A stretch of 59,609 nucleotides of DNA from contig NW_008246087.1 in NCBI RefSeq assembly GCF_000281045.1, positions 541,629 through 601,237 on the forward strand, read 5' to 3'. Below the pieces are notes generated by a model. That model had not been told where the DNA came from, made no database searches, and worked only from the letters and a program-made list of their open reading frames with translations. This document shows, one piece after another, positions 25,159-35,666 of this stretch. The position numbers were made by a program, and so were the translations under genes. The stretch is from Saprolegnia diclina VS20. Its lineage: Eukaryota. Each line of letters starts with the position of its first letter. Positions within the stretch are counted from its first letter, which is position 1.

Positions 25159-26649
25159 ATGGCGTCGCCCGTGCAAGCGATCTCGCACCGCCTCGACAGC
25201 CTCCCGCTGACCGGCTTCCTCGGCGTCTCGAGCTACTACTGGGGCCTCCTCCTCAAGTCGGGGATTGGCTGGGCGATGGACTCGATGGACACTTTCCTCT
25301 TCACGTACCTCGGCTCGAAAGGCTGGAAGACTGACGTGCGCAACAGCGACGGCTCCAAGCTCAACGCGCACGAGCTCGGCCTCCTCGGCTCGGCGGTCTT
25401 TGCCGGCTCGCTCGTCGGTGGCATCTTCTTTGGCCAGTTGGCCGACACGTATGGTCGCAAGCCCATCTTCATGGCGACCTTGCTTCTCTTCATGCTCGCG
25501 ACGCTTGTCTGCGGCGCCGCCGACGTCTACGGTGTCTTGCTCGCCTTCCGCTTCATCGCTGGTATCGGCATGGGCGGCGAGCTCCCGGTCGCTGCGACGC
25601 TCGTCCAAGAACTCGCGCCGGCGCCAGTCCGCGGCCGCATCATCGTGCTCCTCGAATCATTTTGGTCGATCGGCGCCATGATCGCTGTCCTCCTCGCGTT
25701 TGAGCTCACCAAGCACGTCTCGTGGCGCGTCGTCTTTTACTTGTCGGCGATCCCGGCGCTGTACGCGGTCGCGATCCGGTACCTCATCCCCGAGTCGCCC
25801 AAGTGGCTCGCGAGCGTCGGCCGCATGGACGAGGCCGAGGCGATCGTCGCCAAGATCGAGCGCGCCCACGGTGTGACGTACGACAAGGACACGCTCAAGC
25901 CGACTGTGCTGACGCCCGGCATGGACACGTACAACTGCAGCAGTCTCAAGCCGTACGAGCGCGTCGCGCTCATGTTTCGCGGCGAGTTCCTCGCGCGCAC
26001 GCTCGTGCTCTGGACGGTCTGGTGCTGCCTCGCGTTCTCGTACTACGCCGTGTACATTTGGCTGCCCGACCTCCGCGGCAAGGAGAAGGGCGGATACAAC
26101 CTCAACAACTCGACGGGCTCGATGTTCTTCATCATCTTCTGGCAGCTCCCGGGCTACCTCTCGGCCGCGTACCTCGTCGAGGTGTTTGGCCGCAAGGTGA
26201 CACTCGCCGCCTACCTTGTCGGGTCAATTGTCTCGGCGCTCGCGTTTGGCTACGTGGAGAATACGCAGACAAACCTCATGATCACGGGCGCCTTCATGTC
26301 GTGGTTCATGCTCGGCGCGTGGGGGGCCCTCTACGCGTACACGCCCGAGAACTACCCGACGCCGATCCGCGCCATGGGGGCGGCGTATCCCTCGGCGTTT
26401 AGCCGCATTGGCGCCACCGCCGGACCGTACGTGGTGCCGATCATGATCGAGAATGGCTGCAGCAGCAAGACCATCATGTGGGTCTGCGCCGGGGTCCTTG
26501 TGTTTGCCGTCCTCGTCTTGGTCGCCTTTGGCTTCGAGTCGCGCGGCAAGAACGTCGAGTCGGCACCCCGTGTCGAAGCCTACCTCGCGACACGCCTCGG
26601 GCAGAACGAGCCATTGGTCGAGACACCCGTGCGCAACGACGAAGCCTAG
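25159..26649 (+). CDS. MFS transporter, NiaP/YceI-SV2 family, copy 3 (intronless)
   Basis: Same motifs as copies 1 and 2 (GMGGELPVA, RIIVLLESFW, GAWGALYAYTPE). Confidence 0.9.
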   Translation: MASPVQAISHRLDSLPLTGFLGVSSYYWGLLLKSGIGWAMDSMDTFLFTYLGSKGWKTDVRNSDGSKLNAHELGLLGSAVFAGSLVGGIFFGQLADTYGRKPIFMATLLLFMLATLVCGAADVYGVLLAFRFIAGIGMGGELPVAATLVQELAPAPVRGRIIVLLESFWSIGAMIAVLLAFELTKHVSWRVVFYLSAIPALYAVAIRYLIPESPKWLASVGRMDEAEAIVAKIERAHGVTYDKDTLKPTVLTPGMDTYNCSSLKPYERVALMFRGEFLARTLVLWTVWCCLAFSYYAVYIWLPDLRGKEKGGYNLNNSTGSMFFIIFWQLPGYLSAAYLVEVFGRKVTLAAYLVGSIVSALAFGYVENTQTNLMITGAFMSWFMLGAWGALYAYTPENYPTPIRAMGAAYPSAFSRIGATAGPYVVPIMIENGCSSKTIMWVCAGVLVFAVLVLVAFGFESRGKNVESAPRVEAYLATRLGQNEPLVETPVRNDEA

Positions 26650-26911
26650 TGCGATAATCCAATTCTTTTGATCGATCTACTTGTGTATACATAAGCGAGT
26701 GACTCCGACGATAGCTCGGCAAAGGACAACATGTCCGCAGTCCACCAGCACCATGTCGCTGGTGCTCTAGCGAGGGTAGGGTCGCGCCGCACGAAGGGTT
26801 AGGGTTCTTCACATGCGTACTAGACGAGCTACTATGCGACACATTGCACCGCAAATATAACGAAATCGCTGAATAGGGTTGCGAGGCCCAGCATGTTCTA
26901 GTCGCCTACTA

Positions 26912-28368
26912 CTACAAGAAGGAGAGGACGGCGCGGGCCGCCGGCCGTATCCAATGGCCATACTTCCACGAGAAGAGGCCGTGCAGCTGTCGATCCGGTC
27001 GCTTCCAGAGTGCGTCCGTGACGAGTTCGCTGTGCGTTCGCAGCTGCTCGTACTCGCCTTGAAACGTGGTTTGAAGCGCCGGGTCGGTCGTAAACAAGTA
27101 GACCTATGAAGCATAAGAACTGGTTCCGTCCTTCCCGCGCGACAAACCTGCGACTCGAGGTCCCGGCCATACGAACGCTGGCCAAAGTTGGAGCTGCCGA
27201 CGATCGTGAGTGGCACCGCGCCGTTGCAGTCGTGGACCCACAGCCCTTTGCCGTGGAACGTCCAGTTGCTGCGGTTGTATTCGCGCAGCGTGAGCAGCTC
27301 AGGTCCAAACCGATCATAGAAGCCGGCTTCGATGAGCGAGTATGCCATCGGGAGGGCGCCCTTGATGCCGTTGCCGTTGAAGAAGCCGTTGGCCATCGGC
27401 GCCGCCGTGAGCACATCGAGGGGCACGCCGCGGTCGACGAGCGCTTCGGTCAAGAAGGGTGGGAAGTTGAGGTACCCGGATGCAATGTCGACCGACGAGT
27501 GCTCGGGCAAAAGGCCGACGAGCCGCGACAGCGTGTGCTGGTCCTGGACGATGCGCAATGGCGAAAATTGAATCGTTGGCATCGCCCACGTCGTCGCATT
27601 CGACGGCTCAGTCACCGACGGGTACTGCTGCAAGTCGCTCAGTGCATTGGCAAAGTCGGCGGCCGACCCCAATGGCGCGTTCACGAGCGGAACGCCATTA
27701 GACATGGACACGCCATGCGCGTGCTCGGCCATGACCTAGTAGCACAGTCGAGACGAAAGCTGCAAATGCAATACAGTGGCTACCTCGACAAAGGTGTGGT
27801 AGAAGGCCGCGAGGTGCGTCGAGTGGATCTGCACGTACCGGTCCTGGCGCTGCGTAAAGTAGTCGCCGCTCAAGTTGGCGCCGCTCATGATGAGCGTGTC
27901 ATCGCAGAGGTAGACCTTGGAGTGGCTCACGCCCATCGTCTCGTCGAACGGCGGTGGCAGGCGCTTCGCTGCCCAGTGCTCGAGCTGCGGCACGCGGTAG
28001 AGGTGCAAGCGGACATTGCCCGGATGCACATCGAGGAGCGGTGCGAGGACTGCTACCGAGCTCTTGGCCGTGTTGCCGCCGCGCTGCCCGCGCGAGTAGT
28101 CGAGCACGATGGACACTTCCAAGCTTGGGTTCGCGGCCACGGCTTCTTGCAGCGTGGCGACGAGCGCGCGGCTGAGGTCGTCCGTGCCAATGTAGAGCGA
28201 CGAGAGGCTAATGCGGCGCCGCGCGGCGCGGATGTTGGTGAGTAGCTGCTGGTAGAACGCATCGGGCGACGTGAGCACTGAGACCGCGTCCGAATCGAGC
28301 GGGAACGACGGGTTCGAGAGCGCGAGGTCGTCAAAGACACCTTCGACGGTCACCTTCGGGCTTGGCAT
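26912..28368 (-). CDS. PGS1: Mitochondrial phosphatidylglycerophosphate synthase (PLD-type), 2 introns
   Basis: ARRRISLSSLYIG, LDYSRGQR, HSKVYLCD...SGANLSGDYFTQRQDRY, ASGYLNF, HGKGLW...GSSNFGQRSYGRDLESQ. Confidence 0.93.
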
Positions 28369-29005
28369 GAGGTCCCTTCAATGGCTTTTTCATCGCATAC
28401 ATTCTTCAAGACCGAATTGACCGATGGCATGAAACGCGTGGCGAAAATCACGCAACTTAAGACTGCAATGCGGGGTTCAACGCCGCCACGCTGCTGCCTC
28501 GCCGCGCCGTCGACAGCATAATGAGTACTCTCTTCTATGCAAGAATGCGACGTAGCAACGCACGTGCTCGAGGTGTACTTATGGTGAGTGGTCCTAGCTT
28601 GACAATGCAGTGTGGGGACATCAGATCGCAAAATGGCGTGCATTTAGACACCGTATCGTGGAGCTTGCCCGACACGGTGCACTCGCCTGCTATACAGTGG
28701 CTACCGTACAGAGGTATGCTATTTTGTTATTATAAGAGATGTGGGGCTCTCGCGGTAGCATCGTACGCGAGCCAAGGACGAGGTGTATCGGTAGCGCACG
28801 CCTTCTTATCCCGTAACCTGTATATATGCATATATTGCTAGCGCCGTGGCGATCGGCCAGCAAATAACTTGTTTTGAGTATGTGCCTCCTCCTGAAAACA
28901 GATACCTGTTGAAATCGATAGCAAAATATTTGGCGCAAATATCGAGTTTGACAATAAATCGTCAGTTCCGATGCGAGCAACCAATTCGGGCTTTCCAGGC
29001 ACAGC

Positions 29006-29402
29006 ATGAACGGCTTCCAGCAGCAGCAGCGCTACAACCGCGAGCAGCAGGAGGCCGACCTCGACGAGGTCCTCGTCGGCGCGCGCCATCTCAACCACCA
29101 CGCCAAGGCCATCAACGGCGAAGTCGTCTCGCAGAACCACCTCATCGACAACCTTGGCGACGACGTCGAGGCAGGCGCGGCTGAGCTGCGCTTCCAGGCC
29201 GAGAAGGCCGCGCTTGTCAACGCCCAGAAGAAGAAGGTACACCGAGCCATCTGTGCGATAGGCTTCATGGTACCTCTGGTGTAGATGTGCTGGTACTATG
29301 GCATCATTGCGATCCTCATCGTGATCCTCATCGTCTTATACGCAGTGTACGTCGCCGGTCGATAGCTTCCTTCGCGCTCACGATGCACTTAGGCCGCTGT
29401 AA
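29006..29402 (+). CDS. Small Qc-type SNARE (Bet1/Syx6/8-like) with C-terminal TM; intron 29237-29284
   Basis: QEADLDEV...INGEVVSQNHLIDNLGDDVE, then MCWYYGIIAILIVILIVLY. The 3' end depends on an optional last intron. Confidence 0.75.
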
Positions 29403-30237
29403 ATGATGACCCGATTCAAGCGTCTGACAGATCGAACCTTCCTATATACTACCACCAATGCACCTCCACCACTCTACTCCTGTCGTCTTCTTCGTCCTCG
29501 TGGCGCCATGAAAGGGAAATATAAAAGCCTTCCAGCAATATTCACAGGCTAGCGCCGTGGCCTTGTAGTCCATTGTGCTATTTCAGCGTCGAGACATGTC
29601 TGCCTTGTGCAAATATGAAACCTTTCGGGCAATTTGCGACTTTTCACGTTAGAAATCAGACAGCGCTAGTGCCACAAATGCAAAGATACTTGCCTCGGCC
29701 GGTCAGCTTGATGAAATGCTGGATATGCGAGCGAAAGTGGCCTTAAATTAGGTCAAAAGCCATCAACTCCACGTCGGATCCGCGTCAAGATGTAGAAGTC
29801 TACCCTTTGCACGATTGAAACTACCGCTGCAAGGCTGTCGTAAGCGAAATAGAGCTCTACGGCCGAACGTTAACGCTAGTACGTTCTTGGCGCAATCGCA
29901 GTGGTCTCGAGCGATCGTCGTCAATAGCTCTTGTACCGCGAAAGATATATATTCGCGTGGTAATCACCGAGGCAGCCTTGGGCTCTGCACGATATTGGAT
30001 CTTCCGATCTCAAAGCCTTTACGGCGTCTTCTCACAAAGCTCACAAGAACTTGGCAGACACACAGACCAGCATTCCGCTTTGCGAGCCGCCGGATTTTCG
30101 GCGTTTTACTCTTCTACGTCAGCGTTAAACCTATCGATGCTATTTAACGTATTGCATACTGTGTCTATTCTCTTTAACGCATATTGTGTCACACGCGGGA
30201 TGTCGCACAAGCGACGAGTATTTTTTCAGCGCTGAAC

Positions 30238-30592
30238 ATGGCATCGACAACAGCGTACCGCCGGTACGACCTCGAGCACCAAGAGGCCGACCTCGACGTC
30301 GTCTACGCGGGCGCCCAGTCGCTGCACGCCCGCGACATCCACAATGAAGTGCAGATCCAGAACCCGATGCTCGACGACCTCAACCGCGACGTCGAGGCCG
30401 GCGCCGACGAGATGCGCATCCAAGCCGAGAAGGCCGCGTACGTCAATGCCCAGCGCAAAAAGGTACGTCGCTCTGCATGCAATAAGACATGATCCGGTAG
30501 TATTTCATATTTAGGTGTGCTGGTACTATGGTGTCATTGCCATCTTGGTGGTCACCAACGTTCTTCTCTACTCGATCTCGCCGCCCAGCTAA
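30238..30592 (+). CDS. Tandem paralog of the small Qc-SNARE; intron 30463-30514
   Basis: QEADLDVV...IHNEVQIQNPMLDDLNRDVE...QRKK|VCWYYGVIAILVV; same intron position as 29006. Confidence 0.7.
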
Positions 30593-30947
30593 TGCACCAT
30601 TATGTATACCATCTCGAGCTACGCCATCACTGCCTTGCAGCACAGCTCGTATTATAGGCAGTGAGGCACTAAACTCGTATCCGTTTATCCCACGTCAAAC
30701 ATGGTTACATTAGACCACCAGGAATCTTTGCGACTTACAATGGCAATCAAATCAAGGGACCGTAAGCTCGCTCGGTACCTCCAAGGAAGCACACAGTCAA
30801 CTTCAACGCTTGGACTACAGAGATCGAGTCGATAGGACTGGCCCCTTGCAGGAGGTTAAATGCATGATGTCGTGGACGGGTGTCAATCTGCAAGAGACAT
30901 ACTAGAAGCCACAAGTAGGCACTCAAGGGATAGCCATTAGTTGAGAA

Positions 30948-31553
30948 TTAGAAGGACGAGTTAGAGAGCTGAACAAAGCTCAGAAAGGCAAGCATGATCT
31001 CGTGCCGGGTCGCGTGTGGGTCTTGGACGCCAAAGCTGGAGCTATAAAACCACGCAAGCTTTTTGAGGTCCCGGAGCGAGAGATCCAAAAGCTGCGTTCG
31101 CGTCGTTGGAAACTGACGCGGTGTGCTCCCCACGGGACGAGGCAGCGGCCCCGCGACGCCGCTTGCGACAAACACGGGGCGCGCGTGGCCGGCCTCTGTC
31201 TTAGGCAATGGCAGAAGCGCGTCGCTCATTGCGCAGTGGGTGTTGTGCACACGGGCGATTTGCACTTGCATTTGCACCGACTGCAGTGCGCTGGCAGCGC
31301 TCAGCTGGACCTCGAGGCGGTTCAAACCGGCTTCCAACGCCGCAAAGCGACGCTCGAGAGAAAGGGAATTGTCGTCATGCGTCATGCGGACCACGAACAT
31401 TGGCATCGTCGGGCGCGAAGGCGGCAGCATCAGAGGAGCGTAGTAAGGAGCGCTGTTGAGCATGTTGTTGGGGCTAGAGCTCTCGTTGGCAAATGCCAAC
31501 TCCTGCGCGCTCTTCTTTCGTGTGGGAAAAGCGAGCTCATGCAAAGGGCTCAT
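30948..31553 (-). CDS. Coiled-coil protein with a Mug135/DUF1773-like C-terminal domain
   Basis: Coiled coil followed by IARVHN...LLPLP...FPTTRTQLLDLSLRDLKKLAWFY. Confidence 0.5.
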   Translation of the reverse strand: MSPLHELAFPTRKKSAQELAFANESSSPNNMLNSAPYYAPLMLPPSRPTMPMFVVRMTHDDNSLSLERRFAALEAGLNRLEVQLSAASALQSVQMQVQIARVHNTHCAMSDALLPLPKTEAGHARPVFVASGVAGPLPRPVGSTPRQFPTTRTQLLDLSLRDLKKLAWFYSSSFGVQDPHATRHEIMLAFLSFVQLSNSSF

Positions 31554-31733
31554 GCTAGCCCTGTCGCTTCGGTGGTGGAATTGCGCTTTTACATTATTCA
31601 GAGCAATAGCAAATCACTTGAAGGCAGGGACCACTATACTCAAGACTCGAGCACCTGGCGAGATTCTCGCAAAGCTGGCATGGCATCGTCGCGTCTTGCG
31701 TCTACTTTAGCTGCAAACGTCGCTGCGTCGTAT

Positions 31734-32004
31734 CTACTTGGCGGCCTTGACCTACACAAGTACAGATGCGAGATGTAGCACTGCACTTGCAGCACCACGC
31801 TTACCGCGTGCTCGAAGCAGAGCTTGAGCTTGGCAAACTCCTTGGCACACGCGTCGCGGTTGACGCCGCCTTCAATCTTGGCCACGCAGGCACCATACGC
31901 TTGCACCTACGAGTGCCGCTAGCATTGCCATGTCCACGGCCTCCATCGGGACGACGTACGTCCATGGGGCATGTGGCCATCATGTGGCCAAAGGCCTTGG
32001 TCAT
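31734..32004 (-). CDS. NDUFAF8: Twin CX9C protein, NDUFAF8-like complex I assembly factor (3 exons)
   Basis: Spliced product MTKAFGHMMATCPMD|VQAYGACVAKIEGGVNRDACAKEFAKLKLCFEHA|VKAAK, with a C-X9-C ... C-X9-C pattern, AYG.CV and CAKEF. Confidence 0.7.
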
Positions 32005-32154
32005 GCGTCGCGGCGACTTGGTCATCGGCTCGAATGGAGTGTGTGGGATTTTGACCAATCCAAAGCCGCAAATCATTTTGGCCAATCCGGAGCCGAGGAG
32101 CGCGGCCAGTGGCGAAGTCCAACCGGTGAACTTCGCAGACCTTCAGAAACCATC

Positions 32155-32841
32155 ATGCTCGCTCGCGCTTCGATCCTCTGCGGCCGCGCCGCGCCGCGCA
32201 TGGCCGCCCGCGCCTTCTCGACCGAGCATTCCTCGTTTCACGCCAACCTCCCGCCGCTCAGCATCACGGAAGCGCAGGAGCTCCGCGCACAGGTCCGCAA
32301 TGAGCAGATGCGCAAGGAGCACTTTGCCTCGAAGGCCGAGTACCCGGATGCGAGGTACGCTGCTTGGCCGCGCACGGCGAGCTTGCATGTCGTATTCATG
32401 CACGTGCACTAGCCAAGGCGAAAAAGCCATTGACGCCGACATGGCCAACCGCAAGCGCGTCATCTACCGCAGCAAGCAGCGCGGCTGGTACGTCGCCAAG
32501 ATCGCATCTCTGCCCGCTGACCGAGCTCTCTTAGGTTGGAAGTGGACTTGCTCCTTGGCCGCTGGGCGAGCGAGAACGTCATGTCGCTGACGGCCGACGA
32601 GCTCCGTCAGTACGAAGACATTCTGAACCGCGAGACGATCGACATTTTCAACTTCATCTCGGGCAAGGACACCGTCCCGCCGGTACGTGCGCTACCATGT
32701 CTCGTTTGAGAGATACCAAATCGTGCGTAGGAGATTGACACGCCTATGATGAAGCGCCTGCAAGCGTACTGCAAGACTAGCCCGCTCGGGAAGGCCTCCC
32801 TCCAGGGCTTCTTGGACAACAAGAAGTACATGAGCAACTAA
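32155..32841 (+). CDS. SDHAF2: Succinate dehydrogenase assembly factor 2 (Sdh5), mitochondrial presequence, 3 introns
   Basis: RKRVIYRSKQRGW|LEVDLLLGRWA...LRQYEDILNRETIDIFNF; Arg/Ala-rich N-terminus. Confidence 0.9.
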
Positions 32842-33247
32842 GCTCCACAGACCTCTGATACGCTTGTTCAAATGCATTCTTTTGTTCTTTTAAGCCTCGA
32901 TACCTCCGTGCACGGCGTCGCTGCCAAAGGCTTGTGCCAGCACCGCACCTGGCCACGTGCAGCATATTGACCGAGTCCAGCCGTCCTGGTAAGCAGTAGT
33001 CTATGAGCTTGTCACGTCATGGGATAAAGAGAACCTGAGATCAAATGCTTCCTGTGGGCGTGGGCCCGTGGGCTCGATCTGCCCGACTTGCTGCAACGAT
33101 CGGGCGGCACCGCTGTTAAAAAACGTGTTAATTAACGGTCGTACGAGTCCCGGTTTGCGCACTACTTCAAATGTGTATGTCGACAATAAATAAAGGTGTA
33201 CGGGTGCGTTTAGAAAGGCCGCGAATGCCATTCGAAGACAGACAGAC

Positions 33248-33811
33248 ATGGGCCGCAGTTGGTCGTCGTACGAAGAGAGCTCGGCGCCGGCAAAGAAGAC
33301 GGCGGACGCGGCTCCGCCGGCCAAGCCCTTTAACTATACGACGCTGCGCCACAAGCTCGTCTTTGGCGGCCTCGTTGGTCTCTCGACTGGCCTCACCTTT
33401 GGCAGCGGTCCGTCGCCAGCCCTCAATCAAGCGTCGCTCATACATACTACCTTTTCTAGTCGATGCAGTGCGCCAAGCCCATACGCAGTACGGACGCATC
33501 AACGCGCAGGCCATTCGGTCAATCTCGCGCACGGCCGGCATCTGTGGCATGCTCTTCTCCGGGTACGACGAGCTGGATGCCGCCCATTCTTACTTGACCC
33601 ATGGTGTAGCTTCTTCTTCTCGTACCAAGGCATCAAGACGACGATGGAGCAGTTGCGTGGTGCCGAGGACTTTGCCAACGTGGGCGTCGCGGCGCTTCTC
33701 TCGGGCGCGCCGTTCATCCGCCACCCGGTCATGCGGACCAACGCCATGTACGCGGCGCTGCTCGTCGGTCTCGACCTCTTCCACGAAGAGATCAATGGCG
33801 CGCGCCCGTAG
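33248..33811 (+). CDS. Tim17/Tim22/Tim23-family mitochondrial membrane protein (2 introns)
   Basis: Gly-rich TM segments GGLVGLSTGLTFG, GMLFSG|FFFSYQG...EQLRGAEDFANVGVAALLSG. Confidence 0.6.
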   Translation: MGRSWSSYEESSAPAKKTADAAPPAKPFNYTTLRHKLVFGGLVGLSTGLTFGSGPSPALNQASLIHTTFSSRCSAPSPYAVRTHQRAGHSVNLAHGRHLWHALLRVRRAGCRPFLLDPWCSFFFSYQGIKTTMEQLRGAEDFANVGVAALLSGAPFIRHPVMRTNAMYAALLVGLDLFHEEINGARP

Positions 33812-33882
33812 AGTCGATATGTATAAGACGCTATAGACTTTATGTGAGAGTGCACTGGCAATAAGAATGACAATAAGCGTCG

Positions 33883-35064
33883 CTAATCGCACAAAAGCGA
33901 CGAGATGGACCCGCGCGCCTTTTCGTCGCGGAGCACTTCGAAGCAGCTCAAGTCCATGTCCAAGGGCTTGCCGCCGTCGTCGCTGAGCGTCGTGTCGTCG
34001 CTCATCGAGTCGCCTGCGCTGATGTCTTTGCGCCGCTCGTACTCTTGCGCCTTGCGGCTCTTCCCGTTCGGGTTGTGGATCACGTCCGAGAGCTCGCGCC
34101 GGAGGCTTGCAATGTGCGCTACGAACCGCGCCTTCTCCACCTTCTCGACCACCGTGTCGGCGACGGCTTGGAGCGACGTGATGCGGTTCACGAGGCTGCG
34201 GATGCGCCGGTGCGGCCAGCGCGAGAGACCGTTCTTGCGGCAAATCTTCTTCATGAGCGTGATGCAAACGCCCATCTCTTGGGCGACCACGGCCATGGGC
34301 TTGTTAAAGTGCGGCCGAAGCTCGTTGAGCGTCACGCCCTTGACGTTCCAGCCGTTTTGCGGTGGAGGCAGCGCGGGTGGCAGCAAAAACGAGAGCAAAC
34401 TCGCGCCGTCGGCGTCGTTGACTGTGGATGCCGACACGCGCCGCGTGGACACCGCGTCCAGAGACGGGGCTTGGAGCACCGCACGCTCGAACGTCTGCAC
34501 CTTAGACGACTCCAATTGCTGCGCCTTTGCTTGTTGCTGCAGACGTTCTTGGTGTTGCAGGCGCTGCAAGTCTTCCTCGGCCAGCATGCGATGGTACGTG
34601 AGCTGATAGACATTGCGCTCGATCCGCTTCTGTTGCTCCTGTTGCTGCATGAGCTCGTGCTGCCGTCGCATGAAGAGCTCCTGGAGGCGGTGAGGCGCCG
34701 CACACCGCCGTGATCGACCGAGCTCCTTCTCTTTCAAGCCTAACGCGTGGCGCTGCCGCCGCATGAGCTCGTGCTCGCGCTCTTTCCAGAGCCGATGCTG
34801 CGCTTGGGCTTCTTGGACGAGGGACGGAGGCGCCGGGTTCGCGCGTTGTCGGTCGTTTTCGGACGGCAAGATTGTTTGAAAACGCGGCAATGGCTCGGCG
34901 AGCTGCTCGCGCGGACGCCACGGTGGCATCTCCACCCGGTCGCTGGTTCGGAGCGGCCGCAAAACAAAATTGGGGTCGAGCATCAGCGGTGGCCGCAGCG
35001 GGCGCCCCATGACCGCAGCGGACGCGTCACCATGCATGCGCAGCGACGTCGCTTCGTTTGCCAT
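33883..35064 (-). CDS. RWP-RK domain transcription factor
   Basis: TLNELRPHFNKPMAVVAQEMGVCITLMKKICRKNGLSRWPHRRIRSL; Q-rich coiled region. Confidence 0.9.
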   Translation of the reverse strand: MANEATSLRMHGDASAAVMGRPLRPPLMLDPNFVLRPLRTSDRVEMPPWRPREQLAEPLPRFQTILPSENDRQRANPAPPSLVQEAQAQHRLWKEREHELMRRQRHALGLKEKELGRSRRCAAPHRLQELFMRRQHELMQQQEQQKRIERNVYQLTYHRMLAEEDLQRLQHQERLQQQAKAQQLESSKVQTFERAVLQAPSLDAVSTRRVSASTVNDADGASLLSFLLPPALPPPQNGWNVKGVTLNELRPHFNKPMAVVAQEMGVCITLMKKICRKNGLSRWPHRRIRSLVNRITSLQAVADTVVEKVEKARFVAHIASLRRELSDVIHNPNGKSRKAQEYERRKDISAGDSMSDDTTLSDDGGKPLDMDLSCFEVLRDEKARGSISSLLCD

Positions 35065-35666
35065 GCGTTCGAGGTCGAAAGTTGGTCACTGACGCTTCGC
35101 ATGCTGCTGGAAGCGCACGACGGTTTTGACAAAGCAAATCGTGATTTTCGAATGCCCCGATCTGTCGCGCGTTCGGATTGGCTCGTAGGTTTGCGACGAC
35201 GCAGCGATTGGTTTAGCCCAGACGTTTCGACCAATCGTGGCGCAGCAGCAATTTCGAACAGGTCCGAAAGGGCTCAAGCGTGACCTTTCAGAAGTCGGCG
35301 GCCACGGCGATGGAAGCCACCGCCTTGTCTGCCGTCCGGCTCGACACCCAACGTCATCCATGTACCGATAAGAAGCTATAAGCACTTTCTCCAGGAACGT
35401 ACCGAGTGGGGGGCTTGGGCGATATTAAGAGGTGGGCGCCCCTTGGGCGAATGAAACGAAGGCAGCTCGGCGGAGAAGGATGTGTGATAGGCAGTGCAGA
35501 GTGGAAGCTGCTTCTCCGCAGCTTAGCCCTGGCATTCGTCGCCAAAGGTCGTGGGATACGGACGCCGCTGGCGCCACGTTCCCGCGCTGGCATGACCCAT
35601 GACGCTGGTCAACAACATCATTTTCTCACATCGAATTTGCTTGTTCAAATATACCATCCCCATGGC

